Positions 20,104-30,155 of a DNA stretch of 35,532 nucleotides are shown piece by piece; the first letter of the stretch is position 1, and each line of letters opens with the position of its first letter. Both the position numbers and the translations under genes were made by a program. The DNA comes from an uncultured Candidatus Saccharibacteria bacterium (GTDB taxonomy: Bacteria > Patescibacteriota > Minisyncoccia > JAHISW01 > Tagabacteraceae): positions 1 to 35,532 of the forward strand of contig CAZWRF010000003.1 in NCBI GenBank assembly GCA_964636095.1. The letters are read 5' to 3'. The notes beneath the pieces were generated by a model, which was not told the origin of the DNA, ran no database searches, and was given only the letters and a program-made list of their open reading frames with translations.

Positions 20104-22521
20104 CTAATTACTTATGTTCAAATCATCCTGGCTTGTACCGGTATCCTCGTTTATCGGGGGAGCTGTTCTGTTCTCAGGAGCCGCTCCGGGAGGAGAAATA
20201 TTTGTCAGAGCTTTCTTTCCGTTCTTTAGGTTTGACAAAATTTTTGGAACTTCTGCGTTGTCCGGATTAAGCGCCTCGATTCTTTCAAATTGGCCAATTG
20301 CATTTTGTGTCTGTCCGAGATTATCGTAGGCCAGCCCCAAAAAGTATCGCGCGTTGGAATAGTCGGGACTTAAGGTGATAGTTCTTTCAAGAATAGCTTT
20401 GGAGTTCTCGTAGTCCCCGGCTTGATAGTAAAGAAGTCCCAGCTGGAAAAGTATACCGATATCGTTGGGGGCTGTCAGGCGAGCTTGCTCGGTCTGCCTT
20501 ATGGCACCCTGCAAATCACCCTCTTGGGCAGCAATTTGAGAAAGAAGGAAAAGAGCATCCGTATAATCTCCTTTTATCTTCAAGGCAGAGTTAAGGAACG
20601 ACTTGGCTTCTTCGTTGTTTCCATACTGAGCTTCAACCTGCGCTGAGTAGAAAAGCGGAGTCGGGTCTGTGGGGGCCACTTCCGAAGCCGAGCTGTAGGA
20701 ACTTAGTGCCACATCTCTGGTGCCTTCTATCTGGAAAGGAATAATATTTTGGTAAACACTGCCCAAAGTATTCCAGTTCAGGGGATCCACCGGATTTATG
20801 TTGGTGGCTTGCTGGGCGTGCTGTATCGTGAAAGCAAGCATATTTTGAAACTGTATTTTCATTTCTTCTTGAGGCAAATTTTGTGACAAGAGCCTGGAAA
20901 GCTGAAGCAAACCAATCTGGCTTAAGCTTCGCTCAAACCTATCCTGGTCGTCAAATTGAGTTGCCTTAAGAATGAGATTTTCACCATTGTCCAAATTGCC
21001 GTCAACATTAACTGCCGCTATTCCGCGATTGTAAGAAAGAGCAGCCCAATACTTTTGGAAAAACAGATAAAAAGTCGCAACGCTCCCTATAAGCAAAAGG
21101 ACTATGAGCAGAGAAGAAACAAATCCAACGCTGGTTTTATTGGCAAAAGAGAAGACTTTTAAGTTTATTATGCCGCTTTTTACAAGCATTGCGAAAAAAG
21201 TGCCGGTGACAAAAAACGACAAAACAAACAAGAAATTGCTTGTAGAATAAATAATGTTGAAAGTCCACAAATAAACGGAACCCAGAAAAGAAACCAACAG
21301 AAGACTTTTTGTAACGCTGTTTTCTGAATAGCCAACGGATTTAAACCCATAATAAAGAATAAAAAGAAGGAAAGACAGCCATGCCAAAACTCCCAAAACA
21401 CCGCCCGTCGCGGCAAAAGTTGGAATAAGGCCTATACCGCTTGCAAACCGCGTGTTCCAAAAAATAGTTTGATTTATTTCTGCCGGTTTGAACTTTATCC
21501 AGTCATAAACAAAAGTATTGGGGCCGGAGCCGAAAATAAAGGCCAGCGGGCCCTGTTCCCAGGCACTTTTTACCACATCATAAGTAGCACTCCAGGAAGG
21601 CCTTACGTCCACCGAACTTAGCCCGGCAGAGTTAATTAGGTCTCCAACAAAAGGCTGGGCAAGAACAAAAAACATCGCAACAAGAATAATAAGCAGCGGC
21701 AACCGGGCAAAATTTCGCGTATCTCCCTGTGAAGAAAAAAGATAAACCAAAAGCACCAGTAAAAGCGAACCGAAAACAATCCATGCAGCTGTAAAATTGA
21801 TAAGCGCCATGGATAAAAGCGACATGCCTAAAACCGAATACAAGAATATTCTAATATTCTTTTTGGCATCAAAAAATTCAAGAAAAATGATGGCAACAAG
21901 CGCTACGAGACCGAAGAAAATGGCAAGTTCGCTCCATGCGCCTAAAAAGCTATCAATCCTTGAGGAGGACAGGGCGCCGAAATTTAAGCTTAAAACGGAA
22001 TGAGCAAATTGCAGAATAAAAACAACAATTGAAGACAGAATAATCGCGGAAAAAAAGTTTAAAATTCTTTTTTCGGAAGAAAATATGGAAGTTATCAGAA
22101 AAAACGAAATTACCGAAAAAAGGAGAAAAAAGAATGTTCCCACTTCTCCGCCTGATCCAAACAAAGAAACGGCCATCGGCTTGGCGAAAAAGGAAGATAC
22201 AAGATACACCGCAAGCAGCCCAAGCAGAGAAAGAAAAATAAAACTTTTGGAATACTTAACAGCGCCTTCCTGTAAAATATGAATCAGATAAAAAACAATC
22301 GCCGCTAAAATCAATGTAAAGAACAGAAGGGATTTGCTTATACCCAAAGAAGCTCCACCTCCGAAAGGCCAAGCCCAAAAAGGCAAGAGAAAACCAAGCG
22401 CCAAAAAAACATAATAAGCCAGCTTTTCCCACTTAATTGTTGCTCTTGGTCGACTTGCGGGCTTTTTTTCTTCTTCGAAAGAAATCTCCATTCCTTCGTC
22501 TTCAATAGTTATTTCAGACAT
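20104..22521 (-). CDS. Polytopic O-antigen ligase/Wzy_C-like membrane protein fused to C-terminal TPR repeats
   Basis: 805 aa. The first 480 aa or so are multi-TM. The C-terminal 250 aa or so contain repeated TPR-like units (ALKIKGDYTDALFLLSQIAAQEGDLQGAI, YYQAGDYENSKAILERTITLSPDYSNARYFLGLAY..GQTQNAIGQFERIEALNPDNAE). Confidence 0.7.
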   Translation of the reverse strand: MSEITIEDEGMEISFEEEKKPASRPRATIKWEKLAYYVFLALGFLLPFWAWPFGGGASLGISKSLLFFTLILAAIVFYLIHILQEGAVKYSKSFIFLSLLGLLAVYLVSSFFAKPMAVSLFGSGGEVGTFFFLLFSVISFFLITSIFSSEKRILNFFSAIILSSIVVFILQFAHSVLSLNFGALSSSRIDSFLGAWSELAIFFGLVALVAIIFLEFFDAKKNIRIFLYSVLGMSLLSMALINFTAAWIVFGSLLLVLLVYLFSSQGDTRNFARLPLLIILVAMFFVLAQPFVGDLINSAGLSSVDVRPSWSATYDVVKSAWEQGPLAFIFGSGPNTFVYDWIKFKPAEINQTIFWNTRFASGIGLIPTFAATGGVLGVLAWLSFLLFILYYGFKSVGYSENSVTKSLLLVSFLGSVYLWTFNIIYSTSNFLFVLSFFVTGTFFAMLVKSGIINLKVFSFANKTSVGFVSSLLIVLLLIGSVATFYLFFQKYWAALSYNRGIAAVNVDGNLDNGENLILKATQFDDQDRFERSLSQIGLLQLSRLLSQNLPQEEMKIQFQNMLAFTIQHAQQATNINPVDPLNWNTLGSVYQNIIPFQIEGTRDVALSSYSSASEVAPTDPTPLFYSAQVEAQYGNNEEAKSFLNSALKIKGDYTDALFLLSQIAAQEGDLQGAIRQTEQARLTAPNDIGILFQLGLLYYQAGDYENSKAILERTITLSPDYSNARYFLGLAYDNLGQTQNAIGQFERIEALNPDNAEVPKILSNLKNGKKALTNISPPGAAPENRTAPPINEDTGTSQDDLNISN

Positions 22522-22603
22522 AATAAAACAAACAAATTAATATTAAATTTATACATATAATAATATATAAAAATCAGATTATGTACAACATGTTTATAAA
22601 TAC

Positions 22604-22632
22604 TTTACAAGAACAAAAAATTGTGCTATGTT
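22604..22632 (+). promoter_or_regulatory. Candidate rnpB promoter
   Basis: -35 TTTACA (22604-22609), 17-nt spacer, then extended -10 TGC-TATGTT (22624-22632). The first G of P1 lies 7 nt downstream. Confidence 0.5.
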
Positions 22633-22638
22633 TAAAAA

Positions 22639-22977
22639 GGTTTTCGCGTCGGATAGTTGCTCCCCGCCACAACTTCGCAGATGTTGGAGGGAGAGAGGAA
22701 AGTCCGAACACTCACTTTGTCACAACATGGCAAAAAAATCTTTGATAAAGTAGCAAGGTAGCAGGTAACGCCTGCCTGGAGCAATCCAAGAGGTGCGAAC
22801 AGAAACGACCCGGTTAAGTCCGGCTGAAACGGCTAAATCCTTACCCGAGTGCAAGGCCGAGTCCCGCTACTAAAGCGGGAAGTGCCGCTTGACCCCGATA
22901 AGCAATTATCGCGGGCAGATAAATAACTATCGTCCGCCCTGAGCGGATACAGAATTCGGCTTATAGGCGCGAAAACC
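22639..22977 (+). ncRNA. rnpB: RNase P RNA, bacterial type A
   Basis: P1 pairing GGTTTTCGCG...CGCGAAAACC. Conserved GAGGAAAGTCCG (CR-I), GGTAACGCCTGCC, and ACAGAATTCGGCTTAT (CR-V). P2 pairing GGATAGTT/AACTATC. Confidence 0.85.
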
Positions 22978-23009
22978 AACACAAAAACCCCTTAGGGGGT
23001 TTTTGTGTT
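22978..23009. terminator. Bidirectional intrinsic terminator between convergent rnpB and dnaG
   Basis: Perfect 14-bp stem AACACAAAAACCCC / GGGGTTTTTGTGTT with loop TTAG. T-rich sequence follows on both strands. Confidence 0.7.
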
Positions 23010-23015
23010 TTCTTC

Positions 23016-24734
23016 TTAAATTTCAGACAATTCTTGGGAAAGTTTTCTAAAATCTGAGAGTTTCTCCGCCAAGTCCTCTTCCCTTCCTTCGTTTTCCAGC
23101 CTGCTCACCTCTTTCGCCAACGATTCCAGTCTTTCTTTTACGTCTTCCTTTCTGAATTCTTTTACAAGAGTCTCGTGTTCTTTGTTTATGTCCTTTAATC
23201 CTTCGTAAAAAAGCTCTGCTTCAAAAGCCAGCCTGTCGCGATAGTCTTTGCCTTTTTTCTTTTCTTCAAAAACATCCGAAAAATTTTGTTTTATAAAATC
23301 GGGAAGGAAATTTTTTTCTTTTTTCCAGAAATATATGCCCATTATCCTTTCGCCCAAAAGAATTTTTCTCTTTTTTGCCGATTCAACGGGCGCTTCATCT
23401 TCAGAAAAAGCTGACATTGAGCCGGCTGTTTTTCCTGTCTTTGCTTCAAGCTTTTTGAATTCTTCCAGAACAACCCGCTCGTTCACTCCTATTTTTTTGG
23501 AAATTTCCGATACCCAGTGAGTTTTTTCAATTTCGCTTTGAACGGACAATACATAGGGCAGAACTTTTTTCTCCACCTCAAGCTTGAATCGCCTAGAGTC
23601 ACTGCTGTATCTTTTTCCCAAAATATTCAGATAAAAATCAATGACGTGCTTCGCTCCATTAACCGCGGAGAGCCAAACATCTTTGTCCGCCAGAATTATA
23701 TCAGCCGGATCTTTCCCCTCGTCCAAAGAAACCGCCCTTACTTCCAGTCCTTTCTCCAGCGCCAGGTCAATGCTTCGCTTGGCAGCCAAAAGACCCGCTT
23801 CGTCGCTGTCAAAGGCCATAACCAGATTATCTGTAAGTCGTTTTATCTTCTCCAGATGTTGCGCGGTAAGAGCTGTGCCGGAAACCGCCACTGCGTTGGT
23901 TGTGCCGACCTGGTGTGCCATAACAACATCCATCTGGCCTTCCACCAAAACACAGGCATCTTTTTTTCTTATTTCCACCTTGGCTAGGTCAAACCCGTAA
24001 AGTATTTTTGATTTGTCAAATAAAATTGTTTGTGGGGTATTGATGTATTTGCCAACCCCCTCTTTTTCCGGCCCGAATATACGGCCGGAAAAACCTACCA
24101 CCCTGCCTGAATCATCTTTTAAAGGAAACATTATCCTGCCGCGGAAGCGGTCGTAATAATCGTTTTGTATTTTGTTTCTTGTATCTTGTTTCTTCACTAC
24201 AAGCCCGGCCTTTTCCATGGCGCCGGCCGAGTATCCCTTGCCTTTTAGATAATTAAAAAGATGCCTCCATCCCCTGTTTTCCGCAGGAGAAAAACCTATG
24301 TTGAATTCTTTCAGCGAGTTGTTGGTTAGCCCGCGCTTTCTTAAATAATCCAAGGCCTCTTTGTTTGAAACAAGTTCTTTTTGGTAAAAATTGGTCGCGT
24401 CCTTCAAAAGATCCAAGAGATTTGTTTTTTCACTGGCCATTCTCGGGTCTTGGCGGGTGAGTGTTACCCCCGCCCGGTCAGCCAAAGTGCGCAACGCATC
24501 CACGAATTCCACTCCTTCAATTTGTTTTACGAATTCAAACATGTCCCCGCCCCGGTTGCAGCCGAAGCAATGCCAAATTTCTCGCGGAGGAGAAACGTAA
24601 AAAGACGGCGCCTTTTCGGAATGAAACGGGCAAACCGCCTTGTAGTTGCCTCCCGCCTTTTGGAGCTTTATGTAAGAGCCCACAACGTCCACAATGCTAA
24701 GTCTCTGCTTTATTTGTTCAACGGGAGAACTCAT
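23016..24734 (-). CDS. dnaG: DNA primase
   Basis: 572 aa. Zinc finger CPFHSEKAPSFYVSPPREIWHCFGCNRGGD. Toprim motifs LVEGQMDV and FDSDEAG. Confidence 0.95.
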   Translation of the reverse strand: MSSPVEQIKQRLSIVDVVGSYIKLQKAGGNYKAVCPFHSEKAPSFYVSPPREIWHCFGCNRGGDMFEFVKQIEGVEFVDALRTLADRAGVTLTRQDPRMASEKTNLLDLLKDATNFYQKELVSNKEALDYLRKRGLTNNSLKEFNIGFSPAENRGWRHLFNYLKGKGYSAGAMEKAGLVVKKQDTRNKIQNDYYDRFRGRIMFPLKDDSGRVVGFSGRIFGPEKEGVGKYINTPQTILFDKSKILYGFDLAKVEIRKKDACVLVEGQMDVVMAHQVGTTNAVAVSGTALTAQHLEKIKRLTDNLVMAFDSDEAGLLAAKRSIDLALEKGLEVRAVSLDEGKDPADIILADKDVWLSAVNGAKHVIDFYLNILGKRYSSDSRRFKLEVEKKVLPYVLSVQSEIEKTHWVSEISKKIGVNERVVLEEFKKLEAKTGKTAGSMSAFSEDEAPVESAKKRKILLGERIMGIYFWKKEKNFLPDFIKQNFSDVFEEKKKGKDYRDRLAFEAELFYEGLKDINKEHETLVKEFRKEDVKERLESLAKEVSRLENEGREEDLAEKLSDFRKLSQELSEI

Positions 24735-24767
24735 ACCATTACTTTATCTCAAAAGTCCTCAAAAAGC

Positions 24768-24795
24768 AAAAATCCCCGCCTTGGGCGGGGTTTTT
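24768..24795. terminator. Hairpin terminator after the lytic transglycosylase gene
   Basis: AAAAAT-CCCCGCC-TTG-GGCGGGG-TTTTT. It starts immediately at the minus-strand stop codon (24794-24796) and is followed by a T-run on the minus strand. Confidence 0.6.
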
Positions 24796-25732
24796 ATTGA
24801 GATTGCTTTCGGGGTTTCGCCAAATACGGCGAGTCGGTAATGTCTATTTTTTTTCCCGAATAAAGAACACTCCATAAAAGCATGTCTGTTTTCTTTCTTA
24901 TTTGTTCATAGTCGTACCCGAACACGTTGGCCAGGTGATGGATAATGTCTCCCCGTCTCGTAACATAGAAAAATTTCCGGGAGCCCGTGGCGTCTATGCT
25001 TGTTTCAAGAAACAGATTTGTCCCCTCTTTTGGATACACGATAATATTGCCTCCGGGAACTTTCTTTTTCGAAAAGAAACCGGCAAGAAAAGGATTGTAT
25101 ATGCGAAGTTCGCATACGGGAACTTTCAAAATATCGGAGAGCTCCTGCCAGCTTTTGGATGTTCTCGTTGCCGCCGTGTTTAAATTTTTGGCCAACCTTT
25201 CTATTGTATCTTTTTGCTCACAGTAAAGATTGTAGTAAAGAGAAACGCCCTGAAGATACTGAAATGTCTCTATTTTAACCAGGCCTTTGGTGACCCTGCC
25301 GGGTCCTCCGTTGTAAGCCTGAATAACCTTGGACTTTAACTCCGCGCCGGAATAATATTTTTCAAACCGCTTCGAAAGATAAGCAAGGTACTTTACGCCC
25401 GCTTCATTTATGTTTTTAACTTTCATAAACTTTTGAGTTTTCGGCATTACCTGCATTATCCCCCTGGCGCCGGCCGAAGACATGAGATAGTTTCCTCCGC
25501 TTTCATACATTGCCACAACCAGGACAAGAACTCCTAGATCTTTTACACAGTATTTTTTTTCGTATTTTTTAACATATCCCTGAAGTTCGTCCCAATGAAG
25601 CATCGTTTTTTTATAAGCTGAAAGGAAAGAAAAAGATATGTCACAGTCGACTTTTTCCGAAGCAAAAACCGGCGCCGGCAGACAAGAAAACAAGAAAATA
25701 AGAAAACAGAAAATAAAGAATACTTTTTTCAT
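24794..25732 (-). CDS. Secreted or lipid-anchored lytic transglycosylase (SLT domain) with C-terminal LysM-like repeats
   Basis: The track ORF starts at a TTG (25747). I prefer the ATG at 25732, which has SD GAGGTG and a 5-nt spacer. Signal peptide MKKVFFIFCFLIFLFSC. SLT catalytic motif YESGGN...SSAGARGIMQVMP. LysM-like segments SWQELSDILKVPVCELRIYNP and YVTRRGDIIHHLANVFGYDYEQI. Confidence 0.8.
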   Translation of the reverse strand: MKKVFFIFCFLIFLFSCLPAPVFASEKVDCDISFSFLSAYKKTMLHWDELQGYVKKYEKKYCVKDLGVLVLVVAMYESGGNYLMSSAGARGIMQVMPKTQKFMKVKNINEAGVKYLAYLSKRFEKYYSGAELKSKVIQAYNGGPGRVTKGLVKIETFQYLQGVSLYYNLYCEQKDTIERLAKNLNTAATRTSKSWQELSDILKVPVCELRIYNPFLAGFFSKKKVPGGNIIVYPKEGTNLFLETSIDATGSRKFFYVTRRGDIIHHLANVFGYDYEQIRKKTDMLLWSVLYSGKKIDITDSPYLAKPRKQSQ

Positions 25733-25800
25733 TTTTTCACCTCTCAAGGAACTTGTTCAATTATCTTTTATGTATACCATATTTTTGTTTTTGTTTTAAA

Positions 25801-25828
25801 TTGATTTTTGAGAATTCTGTGATATATT
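25801..25828 (+). promoter_or_regulatory. Candidate promoter for the 25870 gene
   Basis: -35 TTGATT (25801-25806), 16-nt spacer, then TG-A-TATATT extended -10 (hexamer at 25823-25828). Confidence 0.4.
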
Positions 25829-25869
25829 AATAAAATAAACAGTCACCTTGAAAACGAAAGGCGGAAAAT

Positions 25870-26364
25870 ATGTGCAACCTGGACCACGGCAGCTTTATGT
25901 ATAAGCTGTTTGAAGAAATAGAGAAAAGAATAAAACTGGATGAAAAATTCGGAAAAATAGAATTTGGATTCATCCCTCCAAAAATTCAACACCCAAGTAA
26001 TATTATTATAAGAATGGCAATAGGTACCACTTACACCAAGCTAAGACAAAGCCACAACATAAATTTCAGCGAAAATACCATTATGGACGTCGAGTCTATG
26101 AGCCCGAAAATTTTAGCAGGGATAATTATTCAAATGTCCATGCAGCTGACAAAAAAGATAAACGGATTGAAACCGATTACAAAACAATCAGATTTTGGAA
26201 ACAAAAAAATATACTGGAATATTTTGGACGCCGTACTTGGGCTTTTTGTGGACAAGCTGGCCGAAGTGGCCTCCAACAAGCATTTTGAAGAAAAAATGAA
26301 ATCAGTAGAAAATTTTATAAAACTGCTTCAGGCAAGTCCGCCCAAAAGAGAAAATTTCAACTAA
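25870..26364 (+). CDS. Hypothetical protein, 164 aa, soluble, no recognised domain
   Basis: The ORF has an upstream promoter-like element, a weak SD (AAAGG) and a strong terminator immediately after the stop. An alternative start at Met10 is possible. Confidence 0.55.
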   Translation: MCNLDHGSFMYKLFEEIEKRIKLDEKFGKIEFGFIPPKIQHPSNIIIRMAIGTTYTKLRQSHNINFSENTIMDVESMSPKILAGIIIQMSMQLTKKINGLKPITKQSDFGNKKIYWNILDAVLGLFVDKLAEVASNKHFEEKMKSVENFIKLLQASPPKRENFN

Positions 26365-26394
26365 ACCCCCGCGACATATGCCGCGGGGGTTTTT
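26363..26394. terminator. Bidirectional intrinsic terminator between the convergent 25870 gene and rpoC
   Basis: AAA-CCCCCGCG-ACATATGC-CGCGGGGG-TTTTT. Confidence 0.7.
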
Positions 26395-26420
26395 ATATAG
26401 TTTAAACTATTTTGTATAGA

Positions 26421-29400
26421 TTATTTCTTGGCTTCCTCCTCTTTTGCGCCCGCGTCCTCACTCCCCTCTTCATCTTCCTCGTCGGAAAAGGTAATACCGG
26501 CTTTTTTGGAGCTCTCCAAGTCTTTTCTGTAACCCGTGCCGGCCGGAATAAGCCGGCCGATGATAACGTTCTCCTTGAGGCCTCTCAGCACGTCTTTACC
26601 TCCCTCTGTAGCCGTAGTAATAAGCACTCTGGCCGTATCCTGGAATGAAGCTGAAGAAAGGAAGCTTGAGGTGGAAAGCGACACCTTGGTAACACCCAAA
26701 AGAAGCTGTTCGGCTTCCGCTTCTTTGCCTCCTTCCTCTTTTACATTTTTATTTTTTTCAAGAAGAAGAGCCCTTTCCACTATTTTTTCAATGTTGAAAT
26801 CGGTATCACCCGGATCTTTTATTCTGAAGCGAGAAAACATTTGCCTCACTATAATTTCTATGTGTTTATCGTGAATGGAGACTCCCTGATTTCTGTACAC
26901 ATAGCCCACTTCTTTCAAAATATAATTTTGGGCCGTTTTTTTGCCCGCCACTTTGAAAAGAATTTTTATATCTATAGCGCCGTCGGTAAGGGGATCGCCG
27001 GCCTTCACTTCGTCATTTTCTTTTACCAAAACTCTTTTCCCGAACGGAATAACATACTCCAGCGCTTCGCTGTCCTTTTTCTTGGATTTTGATTTTGTTG
27101 CCTTCGGATCCTTAACGCTTTCTTTGGAAGGCAAGATCAAAACTTTCTTTTCTTTTATTTCTTTTCCTTCGGTAACACTGGCCTCTTTTACTTCCAAAAC
27201 AGTACCGTCCACTTCGCTAATAACGGCCAAATTAGAAGGCGTCCTCATCTCAAAAAGTTCTTCAACGCGGGGAAGGCCCAGAGTGATGTCCCCGCCTTTT
27301 GCGGCAACTCCACCCGTGTGGAAAGTTCTCATTGTAAGCTGGGTGCCGGGCTCTCCAATGGCCTGAGCGGCAACAATACCTACCGCCTCGCCAAGCTTAA
27401 CGGGCTCGTTAATTCCAAGGTCGGAACCGTAGCACTTTTGGCAAACACCAAGGAAAGACTTGCAACTTAAAGGCGACCTTACGTGAACCTCGTTTATGTC
27501 CGATTCATTTATTTCCTCTGCTTCTTTGGCCGTAAGCAAGCGGCCTTTTTTAAAAGAAGAGCCGTTCTTTATTTCCAAATCCGAAGCCAAAACTCTACCC
27601 TTTAGCTTGTTGGCAAAATTACCCTCAAAAGTTGCCGCAGATGGTCTTCTAATTTTGCTTCCCTTTTTGTCTCCGCAATCTTCTTCTCCCACGATTACAT
27701 CCTGTGCTACATCAACCAACCGCCTTGTAAGGTAACCGGCCTTGGCTGTTTTTAGAGCGGTGTCGGCTGTTCCTTTCCTTGCGCCGTGAGTAGAAATAAA
27801 ATATTCCAAAACGTTAAGACCTTCTTTATAGGAAGAGATGATGGGAAAATCTATGGTTCTTCCTGCCGGGTTAACAACCAGTCCTTTCATTCCTGTCATT
27901 TGGTTTATTTGGCTCCACGAGCCCCGGGCAGCCGAAGAAACCATGCTGAAAACGGGACCAAACGGGTCCAGGCTCGCGGGAACCATTTCATCCACTTTTC
28001 TTTTTGCTTCGCTCCATATACCCGTTGATTTTTGGTATCTTTCATCAAAAGTAAGAAGCCCTTCTTCGTATTGCTTGTGTGCGTCTCTTCCTTTCTCCGC
28101 CGCCTCCTTGATAATAGATATTTTTTCCGCTGGTTCTCTAAGGTCGCCCATTCCCCAGGATATACCCGACTTTGTAGCGTATTGAAAACCGAAATTTTTT
28201 ATTTTATCCAAAATACCCGCCATGGCTTTTGTGCCATAGTGTCCTATGAGATCTTCTATAAGCTTGGCCAGTCTTTTCTTGCCAAATTCTTCATTTATAA
28301 AGCCGTAATCCGAAGGCAAAACACTGTTGAAAAGCAACCTGCCCACGGTTGTTTCTATTACTTTGTCTTTAAGAACTTTGTATTTGGGGGTATCTGTCAC
28401 TCTTACTTTTATGAGAGCTCTCAAATCAACAATATTAAAATCATACGCCAAAATAGCTTCGTTGGGTGTTGAAAAATATCTTCCCTCTCCTTCAACACCC
28501 GGCTGAACGCGCGTCATAAAAAAACATCCCAAAACTATGTCCTGCGAGGGGTTTACCACGGGGTCGCCCGTACGGGGAATAAGAAGGTTCTTGTCCGATG
28601 CCATTATTTCTCTCGCCTCTTCTTGAGCTTCGTTGCTTAAGGGAACATGAACGGCCATCTGGTCGCCATCGAAGTCGGCATTGAAGGCCGAGCAAACCAA
28701 AGGATGTACCTGAATGGCGTTGCCTTCAATAAGAATTGGCTGAAATGCCTGAATGCCCAAGCGGTGAAGAGTAGGAGCACGATTTAAAAGAACATATTTG
28801 TTCTTAATAACTTCTTCCAAAATCTCCCAAACATCGTCGGTTTTTTCTTCTATCAGCCGGTTGGCTCCGCGTATATTGTGAGCCAGCTCCCTGTTTATGA
28901 GATTGGATATTACAAACGGCCTGAAAAGTTCAAGCGCCATTTCTTTGGGCAAACCGCACTGGTTGAGCTTAAGATTCGGCCCGACTACGATAACGGACCT
29001 ACCGGAGTAATCAACACGCTTACCCAAAAGATTTTGTCTAAATCTACCCTGCTTTCCTCTGAGCATGTCGGCCAAAGACCGGAGAGGCCTCTTCTGCGAC
29101 TGGCTTACAACGGCTCCCTGCGCACGCCTTATAGAATTGTCTATCAAAGCATCTATTGATTCCTGGAGCATTCTTTTTTCGTTTCTTACAATTACATCGG
29201 GAGCTTTAAGATCAAGCAATCTTTTTAGCCTGTTGTTTCTATTTAAAACCCTTCTATAAAGGTCGTTGACATCAGAAGTGGCATGTCGGCCGCCGTCCAA
29301 TTGAACCATTGGCCTCAATGCGGGCGGAATAACGGGAAGATTGGTAAGAAACATCCATTCGGGGCGAATATTGAGCCTTTTCATTGATTTAACCAAAGCT

Positions 29401-30155
29401 ACCTGCCTGGATATTTTCTTTTTGTTCTGAGGGGAAGCCGCTTCGTATTTTTTTTCAAACTTTTCTCTAAGTTTGTCCAAATCTAGATTTTGGCAAATAT
29501 CATACAAAGTTTCCGCTCCGGAACCAGCTTCAAAAAATTCTCCGTATTTCAAACTGAGCCGCCTGTAGGTAACTTCGTCAAAGACTTTGTTCAAAGCCAC
29601 GCTTTCGATTTCCTTTTTCGCGGAAGTAACCATGCTCTTAAGGTCCGCCTTGTCTTTTTTGGATTCGGCTCTCTTTCTTTTTATTTTGTACTCCTTATCG
29701 AGAGCCTCAAAAATTTCAGCTCTCATTTTCTCGTCTACTTTGGTAACAATGTACCCGGCAAAATAAATCACTTTTTCCAAATCCGATATAGTCATGGACA
29801 AAATAAGGCCAAGCCGCGAGGGAACGCCGCGCAAAAACCAAATATGCGAGACCGGAGAAGCCAAGGCAATGTGCCCCATCCTTTCCCTTCTTACTACCGA
29901 GCGAGTTACTTCAACGCCACATTTTTCACATACAATCCCTTTGTATCTTATCCTCCTATACTTTCCGCAGTAACATTCATAATCCTTTTCCGGCCCAAAA
30001 ATCCGCTCGTCAAAAAGACCGTCTCTTTCCGGCCGCTGTGTTCTGTAGTTTATTGTCTCCGCCTTTGTGACTTCGCCAAAAGACCACGACAAAATATCCT
30101 CAGGCGAGGCAAGTTTCAGCAAAATCGCGTCAAAATCTGTGGTTTTAGTGTTCAT
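26421..30155 (-). CDS. rpoC: DNA-directed RNA polymerase subunit beta'
   Basis: 1244 aa. Zinc motif [25 protein letters not shown]. Catalytic [14 protein letters not shown]. Also [16 protein letters not shown] and [16 protein letters not shown]. The C-terminal tail is acidic. Confidence 0.98.
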   Translation of the reverse strand: MNTKTTDFDAILLKLASPEDILSWSFGEVTKAETINYRTQRPERDGLFDERIFGPEKDYECYCGKYRRIRYKGIVCEKCGVEVTRSVVRRERMGHIALASPVSHIWFLRGVPSRLGLILSMTISDLEKVIYFAGYIVTKVDEKMRAEIFEALDKEYKIKRKRAESKKDKADLKSMVTSAKKEIESVALNKVFDEVTYRRLSLKYGEFFEAGSGAETLYDICQNLDLDKLREKFEKKYEAASPQNKKKISRQVALVKSMKRLNIRPEWMFLTNLPVIPPALRPMVQLDGGRHATSDVNDLYRRVLNRNNRLKRLLDLKAPDVIVRNEKRMLQESIDALIDNSIRRAQGAVVSQSQKRPLRSLADMLRGKQGRFRQNLLGKRVDYSGRSVIVVGPNLKLNQCGLPKEMALELFRPFVISNLINRELAHNIRGANRLIEEKTDDVWEILEEVIKNKYVLLNRAPTLHRLGIQAFQPILIEGNAIQVHPLVCSAFNADFDGDQMAVHVPLSNEAQEEAREIMASDKNLLIPRTGDPVVNPSQDIVLGCFFMTRVQPGVEGEGRYFSTPNEAILAYDFNIVDLRALIKVRVTDTPKYKVLKDKVIETTVGRLLFNSVLPSDYGFINEEFGKKRLAKLIEDLIGHYGTKAMAGILDKIKNFGFQYATKSGISWGMGDLREPAEKISIIKEAAEKGRDAHKQYEEGLLTFDERYQKSTGIWSEAKRKVDEMVPASLDPFGPVFSMVSSAARGSWSQINQMTGMKGLVVNPAGRTIDFPIISSYKEGLNVLEYFISTHGARKGTADTALKTAKAGYLTRRLVDVAQDVIVGEEDCGDKKGSKIRRPSAATFEGNFANKLKGRVLASDLEIKNGSSFKKGRLLTAKEAEEINESDINEVHVRSPLSCKSFLGVCQKCYGSDLGINEPVKLGEAVGIVAAQAIGEPGTQLTMRTFHTGGVAAKGGDITLGLPRVEELFEMRTPSNLAVISEVDGTVLEVKEASVTEGKEIKEKKVLILPSKESVKDPKATKSKSKKKDSEALEYVIPFGKRVLVKENDEVKAGDPLTDGAIDIKILFKVAGKKTAQNYILKEVGYVYRNQGVSIHDKHIEIIVRQMFSRFRIKDPGDTDFNIEKIVERALLLEKNKNVKEEGGKEAEAEQLLLGVTKVSLSTSSFLSSASFQDTARVLITTATEGGKDVLRGLKENVIIGRLIPAGTGYRKDLESSKKAGITFSDEEDEEGSEDAGAKEEEAKK

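Noticed and set aside
25733-25747. A TTG-initiated 5-codon extension of the lytic transglycosylase ORF.
   Set aside because: The ATG at 25732 has GAGGTG 5 nt upstream and starts a normal signal peptide. The TTG lies within or upstream of that SD.
26397-26410. A 14-nt perfect AT-rich palindrome, ATAGTTTAAACTAT, between the terminator and the rpoC stop.
   Set aside because: It is short and AT-rich in an AT-rich spacer, so it cannot be distinguished from chance. No second copy was seen.
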